Assembly: GCF_003018235.1 (NCBI RefSeq)
Contig: NZ_CP027437.1
DNA length: 64,000 bases
DNA from: Escherichia coli
GTDB taxonomy: Bacteria; Pseudomonadota; Gammaproteobacteria; Enterobacterales; Enterobacteriaceae
Strand: one strand, 5' to 3'
How positions within the stretch are numbered: position 1 is the first letter of the stretch; every line of letters starts with the position of its first letter. A program made the position numbers and the translations under genes. The notes beneath the pieces were generated by a model. The model was not told the origin of the DNA and did not search any database. It saw nothing but the letters and a program-made list of their open reading frames with translations. Below are positions 56,627 to 64,000 of the stretch, piece by piece.

Positions 56627-57565
56627 ATGAAAATATCTTTACGCTCACTATTTGTGGCGTGCCTGATTGCGCCAGTGGCATTCACCTACGCCTCCGAACC
56701 GCAAGAAATGAAAATTGTACTACTTGGAACGAAAGGTGGCCCTTCTTTATTAAAAGCTGACCGTTTGCCGATGGCAACGGCACTTATTATTGGCAATAAA
56801 ACATGGTTAATTGATGCTGGTTACGGGGCCAGCTTACAACTGGTAAAAAATAATATTCCACTGCGCCAGATTGATAATATTTTACTCACCCATTTACACA
56901 GTGATCATATTCTGGACTATCCCTCAGTCTTAATGAATGCATGGGCTAGCGGTCTGCAGGACAAAACTATTCATGTGTTCGGTCCGCCAGGCACCCGAGC
57001 CATGACCGCTGCCAGTTGGCAGGTCTTCGATCGGGACATCACACTGCGTATGGAAGAAGAAGGAAAACCCGATCCTCGCAAGCTCGTTACAGCTCAAGAT
57101 GTTGGTGAAGGCGTAGTTTATAAAGATGATACCGTGACCGTGACTGCATTAAAGGTTCCTCATTCTCCTTTCCCTGACGGTGAGGCTTTTGCTTATCGCT
57201 TCGACACACAAGGCAAGCGAATTGTCTTCTCAGGAGATACCTCGTACTTTCCCCCACTGGCAACTTTCTCAGAAGGCGCTGATATACTTGTGCATGAGGC
57301 CGTACATGAGCCCTCCGTCGCTAAGCTGGCAGACAGTATTGGCAATGGTAAAACACTGGCAAAAGCCATTGCTTCTCACCATACGACTATTGAGGATGTA
57401 GGCAAAATTGCCAATGAAGCAAAAGTGAAAAAACTCATCCTTAGCCACCTGGTACCAATCACCGTTCCGGATGAAACATGGAAGCAAGAAGCACAGAAAA
57501 ACTATTCAGGCCCTATCGTCGTTGGTCATGAAAATATGACGATTACCATTCCATTCGCCCCATAA
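56627..57565 (+). CDS. secreted MBL-fold metallo-hydrolase (HxHxDH)
   Basis: signal peptide MKISLRSLFVACLIAPVAFTYA then LTHLHSDHILD motif; inserted between hpaA and hpaB. Confidence 0.7.
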   Translation: MKISLRSLFVACLIAPVAFTYASEPQEMKIVLLGTKGGPSLLKADRLPMATALIIGNKTWLIDAGYGASLQLVKNNIPLRQIDNILLTHLHSDHILDYPSVLMNAWASGLQDKTIHVFGPPGTRAMTAASWQVFDRDITLRMEEEGKPDPRKLVTAQDVGEGVVYKDDTVTVTALKVPHSPFPDGEAFAYRFDTQGKRIVFSGDTSYFPPLATFSEGADILVHEAVHEPSVAKLADSIGNGKTLAKAIASHHTTIEDVGKIANEAKVKKLILSHLVPITVPDETWKQEAQKNYSGPIVVGHENMTITIPFAP

Positions 57566-57791
57566 AAAATTCCGTCCCCGTTAGCCCTTGTTAGCGGGGA
57601 ATATTATGATTTGCCTTACTGCAAGTTGATCACGATCGCAGTTTACTATTTAACTCCACCTTGCTGGCGAAAAGTACCAACGTTCGCCTGAAACGTCTCT
57701 TCCCGACAACCGCGTTCAACGCTTCAATTAAATAACAAAAACAACACACAAAATTAACAATCGTATTCCGATTAATACTGTAGAGGTCGAC

Positions 57792-59354
57792 ATGAAACCA
57801 GAAGATTTCCGCGCCAGTACCCAACGTCCGTTCACCGGGGAAGAGTATCTGAAAAGCCTGCAGGATGGTCGCGAGATCTATATCTATGGCGAGCGAGTGA
57901 AAGACGTCACTACTCATCCGGCATTTCGTAATGCGGCAGCGTCTGTTGCCCAACTGTACGACGCGCTGCACAAACCGGAGATGCAGGACTCTCTGTGTTG
58001 GAACACCGACACCGGCAGCGGCGGCTATACCCATAAATTCTTCCGCGTGGCGAAAAGTGCCGACGACCTGCGCCAGCAACGCGACGCCATCGCTGAGTGG
58101 TCACGCCTGAGCTATGGCTGGATGGGCCGCACCCCAGACTACAAAGCCGCTTTCGGTTGCGCACTGGGCGCGAATCCGGGCTTTTACGGTCAGTTCGAGC
58201 AGAACGCCCGTAACTGGTACACCCGTATTCAGGAAACTGGCCTCTACTTTAACCACGCGATTGTTAACCCACCGATTGATCGTCATTTGCCGACCGATAA
58301 AGTGAAAGACGTTTACATCAAGCTGGAAAAAGAGACTGACGCCGGGATTATCGTCAGCGGTGCGAAAGTGGTTGCCACCAACTCGGCGCTGACTCACTAC
58401 AACATGATTGGCTTCGGCTCGGCACAAGTGATGGGCGAAAACCCGGACTTCGCACTGATGTTCGTTGCGCCAATGGATGCCGATGGCGTGAAATTAATCT
58501 CCCGCGCCTCTTATGAAATGGTGGCGGGTGCTACCGGCTCGCCGTACGACTACCCGCTCTCCAGCCGCTTTGATGAGAACGATGCGATTCTGGTGATGGA
58601 TAACGTGCTGATCCCATGGGAAAACGTACTGATCTACCGCGATTTCGATCGCTGCCGTCGCTGGACAATGGAAGGTGGTTTTGCCCGTATGTATCCGCTG
58701 CAAGCCTGTGTGCGCCTGGCAGTGAAATTAGACTTCATTACGGCACTGCTGAAAAAATCACTCGAATGTACCGGCACCCTGGAGTTCCGTGGTGTGCAGG
58801 CCGATCTCGGTGAAGTGGTGGCGTGGCGCAACACCTTCTGGGCATTGAGTGACTCGATGTGTTCAGAAGCGACGCCGTGGGTCAACGGGGCTTATTTACC
58901 GGATCATGCCGCACTGCAAACCTATCGCGTACTGGCACCAATGGCCTACGCGAAGATCAAAAACATTATCGAACGCAACGTTACCAGTGGCCTGATCTAT
59001 CTTCCTTCCAGTGCCCGTGACCTGAACAATCCGCAGATCGACCAGTATCTGGCGAAGTATGTGCGCGGTTCGAATGGTATGGATCACGTCCAGCGCATCA
59101 AGATCCTCAAACTGATGTGGGATGCTATTGGCAGCGAATTTGGTGGTCGTCACGAACTGTATGAAATCAACTACTCCGGTAGCCAGGATGAGATTCGCCT
59201 GCAGTGTCTGCGCCAGGCACAAAGCTCCGGCAATATGGACAAGATGATGGCGATGGTTGATCGCTGCCTGTCGGAATACGACCAGAACGGCTGGACTGTG
59301 CCGCACCTGCACAACAACGACGATATCAACATGCTGGATAAGCTGCTGAAATAA
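57792..59354 (+). CDS. hpaB: 4-hydroxyphenylacetate 3-monooxygenase, oxygenase component
   Basis: 520 aa. Confidence 0.9.
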   Translation: MKPEDFRASTQRPFTGEEYLKSLQDGREIYIYGERVKDVTTHPAFRNAAASVAQLYDALHKPEMQDSLCWNTDTGSGGYTHKFFRVAKSADDLRQQRDAIAEWSRLSYGWMGRTPDYKAAFGCALGANPGFYGQFEQNARNWYTRIQETGLYFNHAIVNPPIDRHLPTDKVKDVYIKLEKETDAGIIVSGAKVVATNSALTHYNMIGFGSAQVMGENPDFALMFVAPMDADGVKLISRASYEMVAGATGSPYDYPLSSRFDENDAILVMDNVLIPWENVLIYRDFDRCRRWTMEGGFARMYPLQACVRLAVKLDFITALLKKSLECTGTLEFRGVQADLGEVVAWRNTFWALSDSMCSEATPWVNGAYLPDHAALQTYRVLAPMAYAKIKNIIERNVTSGLIYLPSSARDLNNPQIDQYLAKYVRGSNGMDHVQRIKILKLMWDAIGSEFGGRHELYEINYSGSQDEIRLQCLRQAQSSGNMDKMMAMVDRCLSEYDQNGWTVPHLHNNDDINMLDKLLK

Positions 59355-59371
59355 CGCAGCAGGAGGTTAAG

Positions 59372-59884
59372 ATGCAATTAGATGAACAACGCCTGCGCTT
59401 TCGTGACGCAATGGCCAGCCTGTCGGCAGCGGTAAATATTATCACCACCGAGGGCAACGCCGGGCAATGCGGGATTACGGCAACGGCTGTCTGCTCGGTC
59501 ACGGATACACCACCGTCGCTGATGGTGTGCATTAACGCCAACAGTGCGATGAACCCGGTTTTTCAGGGCAACGGTAAGTTGTGCGTCAACGTCCTCAACC
59601 ATGAGCAGGAACTGATGGCACGCCACTTCGCGGGCATGACAGGCATGGCGATGGAAGAGCGTTTTAGCCTCTCATGCTGGCAAAAAGGTCCGCTGGCGCA
59701 GCCGGTGCTAAAAGGTTCGCTGGCCAGTCTTGAAGGTGAGATCCGCGATGTGCAGGCAATTGGCACACATCTGGTGTATCTGGTGGAGATTAAAAACATC
59801 ATCCTCAGTGCAGAAGGTCACGGACTTATCTACTTTAAACGCCGTTTCCATCCGGTGATGCTGGAAATGGAAGCTGCGATTTAA
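59372..59884 (+). CDS. hpaC: 4-hydroxyphenylacetate 3-monooxygenase, flavin reductase component
   Basis: 170 aa. Confidence 0.9.
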   Translation: MQLDEQRLRFRDAMASLSAAVNIITTEGNAGQCGITATAVCSVTDTPPSLMVCINANSAMNPVFQGNGKLCVNVLNHEQELMARHFAGMTGMAMEERFSLSCWQKGPLAQPVLKGSLASLEGEIRDVQAIGTHLVYLVEIKNIILSAEGHGLIYFKRRFHPVMLEMEAAI

Positions 59885-60273
59885 GCTCCAGACCCTTCAC
59901 GTATTCGTCGAAGGGGCATTTTTATTGTGATCTCAATCACATATCCACCCGATGAATAATTCTTGCCCAACCGCTCACCGCCATTCCTGACCGCTTACAT
60001 CCCTAAAATAACCACTCAGTTATTTACCTTACTTTACGCGCGCGTAACTCTGGCAACATCACTGCAGGATAGCGGTCAATTTACCTCCTCAAACGCAACG
60101 CAAACCTAGAACGGCTTCGGCCTATGATTAACAAATTACTCTATGGATTTTGGTTTGCAGGAAGGCAGCAAGTGAGTGAACCAGGAGCTTACAACAGTAA
60201 GTGACAGGGGTGAACGAACCCAGCTGCGGCACCTGTAAGCCAAAAGACGACGAGTAAAATGCCAGGTTTTACT

Positions 60274-62424
60274 ATGGATACGAAAAAACTATTCAAGCAC
60301 ATACCCTGGGTGATTCTCGGAATCATCGGTGCATTCTGCCTCGCGGTAGTTGCATTACGTCGGGGGGAGCACGTCAGCGCCCTGTGGATCGTGGTCGCCT
60401 CTGTGTCGGTGTATCTGGTGGCGTATCGCTACTACAGTCTGTACATCGCCCAGAAGGTGATGAAACTCGACCCCACGCGCGCGACGCCTGCGGTTATTAA
60501 CAACGACGGTCTGAACTACGTTCCGACCAACCGTTACGTGTTGTTTGGTCACCACTTCGCCGCTATCGCCGGTGCTGGTCCGCTGGTGGGTCCGGTTCTC
60601 GCCGCGCAGATGGGCTACCTGCCTGGCACGCTGTGGCTGCTGGCGGGGGTAGTGCTGGCCGGTGCGGTACAGGACTTTATGGTGCTGTTTATCTCCTCTC
60701 GCCGTAACGGCGCATCTCTCGGTGAGATGATCAAAGAAGAGATGGGACCAGTACCGGGGACTATCGCGCTGTTTGGCTGTTTCTTAATCATGATCATCAT
60801 CCTCGCCGTCCTGGCGCTGATTGTGGTTAAAGCCCTGGCCGAAAGTCCGTGGGGTGTCTTCACCGTTTGCTCAACCGTACCGATTGCGCTGTTTATGGGT
60901 ATCTACATGCGCTTTATCCGTCCGGGGCGTGTGGGTGAAGTCTCTGTCATTGGTATCGTGCTGCTGGTTGCCTCTATCTACTTCGGTGGCGTGATTGCTC
61001 ACGATCCGTACTGGGGTCCGGCACTGACCTTTAAAGACACCACCATTACCTTCGCGCTGATTGGCTATGCGTTTGTTTCCGCACTGCTGCCGGTGTGGCT
61101 GATCCTCGCACCGCGCGACTATCTGGCAACCTTCCTGAAAATCGGTGTTATCGTCGGCCTGGCACTGGGTATCGTGGTGTTGAACCCGGAACTGAAAATG
61201 CCTGCGATGACCCAGTACATTGACGGTACTGGCCCGCTGTGGAAAGGCGCTCTGTTCCCGTTCCTGTTCATCACCATCGCCTGTGGTGCGGTATCTGGCT
61301 TCCACGCGCTGATCTCTTCCGGTACGACGCCGAAACTGCTGGCTAACGAAACCGACGCGCGTTTCATTGGCTACGGCGCAATGCTGATGGAGTCCTTCGT
61401 GGCGATTATGGCGCTGGTTGCTGCGTCCATCATCGAACCGGGTCTTTACTTCGCGATGAACACCCCGCCTGCTGGCCTTGGCATCACCATGCCTAACCTG
61501 CATGAAATGGGTGGCGAGAACGCGCCGATCATCATGGCGCAGCTGAAAGACGTTACCGCACACGCGGCAGCGACCGTCAGCTCCTGGGGCTTCGTGATTT
61601 CGCCAGAGCAGATCCTGCAAACCGCGAAAGACATTGGTGAGCCTTCTGTCCTGAACCGTGCAGGTGGTGCGCCGACGCTGGCGGTAGGTATCGCTCACGT
61701 GTTCCACAAAGTGCTGCCGATGGCTGACATGGGCTTCTGGTATCACTTCGGTATTCTGTTCGAAGCCCTGTTCATCCTGACCGCGCTGGATGCGGGTACC
61801 CGTTCTGGCCGCTTTATGCTGCAAGATCTGCTGGGTAACTTCATCCCGTTCCTGAAAAAAACCGACTCCCTGGTTGCCGGTATCATCGGTACGGCGGGCT
61901 GTGTGGGTCTGTGGGGCTACCTGCTGTATCAGGGCGTGGTCGATCCGCTGGGCGGCGTTAAGAGCCTGTGGCCGCTGTTCGGTATCTCCAACCAGATGCT
62001 GGCAGCCGTGGCGCTGGTACTGGGTACCGTTGTGCTGATTAAGATGAAGCGCACCCAATACATCTGGGTAACTGTTGTTCCGGCTGTATGGTTGCTTATC
62101 TGCACCACCTGGGCGCTGGGCCTGAAACTGTTCAGCACCAACCCGCAGATGGAAGGCTTCTTCTACATGGCAAGCCAGTACAAAGAGAAGATTGCTAACG
62201 GTACTGACCTGACGGCGCAGCAGATTGCCAACATGAACCACATCGTTGTGAACAACTACACCAACGCAGGCCTGAGTATTCTGTTCCTGATTGTGGTGTA
62301 CAGCATCATCTTCTACGGTTTCAAAACCTGGCTTGCGGTGCGTAACAGCGACAAACGTACTGACAAAGAAACACCGTACGTTCCAATCCCGGAAGGCGGC
62401 GTGAAGATCTCTTCGCACCACTAA
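60274..62424 (+). CDS. btsT: pyruvate/H+ symporter BtsT (CstA family)
   Basis: 716 aa from ATG 60274. Confidence 0.9.
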   Translation: MDTKKLFKHIPWVILGIIGAFCLAVVALRRGEHVSALWIVVASVSVYLVAYRYYSLYIAQKVMKLDPTRATPAVINNDGLNYVPTNRYVLFGHHFAAIAGAGPLVGPVLAAQMGYLPGTLWLLAGVVLAGAVQDFMVLFISSRRNGASLGEMIKEEMGPVPGTIALFGCFLIMIIILAVLALIVVKALAESPWGVFTVCSTVPIALFMGIYMRFIRPGRVGEVSVIGIVLLVASIYFGGVIAHDPYWGPALTFKDTTITFALIGYAFVSALLPVWLILAPRDYLATFLKIGVIVGLALGIVVLNPELKMPAMTQYIDGTGPLWKGALFPFLFITIACGAVSGFHALISSGTTPKLLANETDARFIGYGAMLMESFVAIMALVAASIIEPGLYFAMNTPPAGLGITMPNLHEMGGENAPIIMAQLKDVTAHAAATVSSWGFVISPEQILQTAKDIGEPSVLNRAGGAPTLAVGIAHVFHKVLPMADMGFWYHFGILFEALFILTALDAGTRSGRFMLQDLLGNFIPFLKKTDSLVAGIIGTAGCVGLWGYLLYQGVVDPLGGVKSLWPLFGISNQMLAAVALVLGTVVLIKMKRTQYIWVTVVPAVWLLICTTWALGLKLFSTNPQMEGFFYMASQYKEKIANGTDLTAQQIANMNHIVVNNYTNAGLSILFLIVVYSIIFYGFKTWLAVRNSDKRTDKETPYVPIPEGGVKISSHH

Positions 62425-62473
62425 CCGTGTTTAGCCCCGCTTCGGCGGGGCTTTGTTCTTATCAGAGTGAACT

Positions 62474-62677
62474 ATGTTTGGTAACTTAGGACAGGCAAAA
62501 AAATATCTCGGCCAGGCGGCAAAGATGTTGATTGGCATTCCAGACTACGACAACTACGTCGAGCATATGAAGACCAACCATCCCGACAAGCCGTACATGA
62601 GCTATGAAGAATTCTTCCGCGAACGCCAGAACGCGCGCTACGGCGGCGATGGTAAAGGCGGTATGCGCTGTTGTTAA
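62474..62677 (+). CDS. yjiX: DUF466 small protein YjiX
   Basis: 67 aa, directly downstream of btsT. Confidence 0.8.
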
Positions 62678-62687
62678 TGGAGAGAGC

Positions 62688-63644
62688 ATGAACCCGATTG
62701 CAGTTACCCTACTCACCGGTTTTTTAGGCGCGGGCAAAACCACCCTGCTGCGCCATATTCTTAACGAACAACACGGCTACAAGATTGCCGTGATTGAAAA
62801 CGAATTCGGCGAAGTCTCCGTTGATGATCAATTGATTGGTGATCGCGCCAGGCAGATCAAAACGCTGACCAACGGCTGCATCTGCTGTTCGCGCTCCAAC
62901 GAGCTGGAAGACGCACTACTCGACCTGCTGGATAATCTCGACAAGGGCAATATTCAGTTCGATCGTCTGGTCATTGAATGCACCGGCATGGCCGATCCCG
63001 GCCCGATTATTCAGACCTTTTTCTCCCATGAGATTTTATGCCAGCGCTACCTGCTGGACGGCGTGATTGCGCTGGTGGATGCGGTACATGCCGATGAGCA
63101 GATGAACCAGTTCACCATCGCCCAGTCCCAGGTGGGCTACGCCGACCGTATTCTGCTGACTAAAACCGACGTCGCAGGTGAAGCAGAAAAACTGCGCGAA
63201 CGCCTGGCACGCATCAACGCCCGCGCACCGGTCTACACCGTCACCCACGGTGACATCGACCTGGGCCTGTTGTTCAACACCAACGGTTTTATGCTGGAAG
63301 AAAACGTCGTCAGCACCAAACCGCGTTTCCACTTTATCGCGGATAAACAAAACGATATTTCGTCGATTGTGGTGGAACTGGATTACCCGGTAGATATCAG
63401 CGAAGTTTCCCGCGTGATGGAAAACCTGCTGCTGGAATCGGCAGATAAACTGCTGCGTTACAAAGGGATGCTGTGGATTGACGGCGAACCTAACCGCCTG
63501 CTGTTCCAGGGCGTCCAGCGCCTCTACAGCGCCGACTGGGACAGGCCGTGGGGTGATGAAACACCGCATAGCACAATGGTGTTTATCGGGATTCAGCTGC
63601 CGGAGGATGAGATTCGGGCAGCGTTTGCGGGGTTGAGGAAGTAA
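62688..63644 (+). CDS. yjiA: P-loop GTPase YjiA (CobW/COG0523 family)
   Basis: 318 aa; GFLGAGKTT P-loop; CxCC motif. Confidence 0.9.
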   Translation: MNPIAVTLLTGFLGAGKTTLLRHILNEQHGYKIAVIENEFGEVSVDDQLIGDRARQIKTLTNGCICCSRSNELEDALLDLLDNLDKGNIQFDRLVIECTGMADPGPIIQTFFSHEILCQRYLLDGVIALVDAVHADEQMNQFTIAQSQVGYADRILLTKTDVAGEAEKLRERLARINARAPVYTVTHGDIDLGLLFNTNGFMLEENVVSTKPRFHFIADKQNDISSIVVELDYPVDISEVSRVMENLLLESADKLLRYKGMLWIDGEPNRLLFQGVQRLYSADWDRPWGDETPHSTMVFIGIQLPEDEIRAAFAGLRK

Positions 63645-63654
63645 GGGGTTATGG

Positions 63655-63680
63655 GCCGGATAAGGCGCAGCCGCATCCGG
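63655..63680. repeat. REP element
   Basis: GCCGGATAAGGCGCAGCCGCATCCGG. Confidence 0.6.
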
Positions 63681-63689
63681 TCTGATATT

Positions 63690-64000
63690 TCACTCAAAAT
63701 AGTCCATATCCAGTTTCGGCACCTTCAACAAACGTGAAGAAACCCCTACTTCGTTTTCGATCATTAAGTGCACCAGGCGTTCCCCATCAACCAGCACCAT
63801 ACCCTCGACGGATTGGGCAAAGTCACGCGCCTGAGAAGTAAATCCAGAAGTGGTAATAAACACCCCACGTTTCGCTTTTTGCCCAGCCAGTGCGCCGTAA
63901 AATGCCTGTAATTCTGGCCTGCCTACAGTATTCTGCCAACGTTTTGCCTGAACATAAACTTTCTCCAGGCCAAGTTTATCAAGCGATATCACACCATCGA
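63690..64000 (-). CDS. mrr: Mrr restriction endonuclease, C-terminal part (gene continues beyond window end)
   Basis: C-terminal catalytic domain; stop at 63690; N-terminus outside window. Confidence 0.8.
   Translation of the reverse strand, partial: DGVISLDKLGLEKVYVQAKRWQNTVGRPELQAFYGALAGQKAKRGVFITTSGFTSQARDFAQSVEGMVLVDGERLVHLMIENEVGVSSRLLKVPKLDMDYFE

Noticed and set aside
60871-62421. 516-aa minus-strand ORF
   Set aside because: Antisense to btsT; R/H/Q-rich low-complexity translation typical of a spurious ORF opposite a GC-rich gene.

Overview
The window is an Escherichia coli-type chromosomal segment with two parts. (1) Positions 1 to about 29,900 are the right-hand part of a lambdoid prophage, cut by the window start inside the terminase large subunit gene. 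It carries a tyrosine integrase and excisionase, a CPS-53-like early module (yfdPQRST-like), a cI/cro immunity region with repeated operator motifs, an O-like replication initiator with internal iteron-like repeats and a DnaT-like C-terminus, RusA, KilA-N and DUF968 proteins, a Qin-like Q antiterminator followed by a putative PR'/tR' and two phage tRNAs, a NanS-p-type sialate O-acetylesterase, a pinholin / SAR-endolysin / Rz-Rz1 lysis cassette, Rha, HNH endonuclease and terminase small/large subunits. The slot where Stx phages carry stx (between the tRNAs and nanS-p) holds a bacterial group II intron whose reverse-transcriptase/maturase ORF is split by an IS21-family (IS100-like) element, and that element's istA has an in-frame TGA. 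(2) Positions about 30,200 to 64,000 are conserved core genes in K-12-like order but inverted (yjjG, rimI, holD, rsmC, three tRNA-Leu, yjjZ, fhuF, bglJ, yjjQ, yjjP, yjjB, dnaT, dnaC, yjjA, opgB, lgoDRT, tsr, btsT, yjiX, yjiA, mrr fragment), with the complete hpa 4-hydroxyphenylacetate catabolic cluster between tsr and btsT; that cluster is absent from K-12 and here carries an extra MBL-fold gene between hpaA and hpaB. The best candidate for an undescribed system is a TerB-like-repeat / BRCT-domain reading frame interrupted by a single in-frame TGA, sitting between cI and a second operator cluster at the position where lambda carries rexAB. Other disrupted or recoded-looking genes are istA (in-frame TGA) and a gene between holin and endolysin (frame change at an A7 tract). 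All calls rest on reading the sequence and on remembered family signatures; no database search was run, and element boundaries are approximate.
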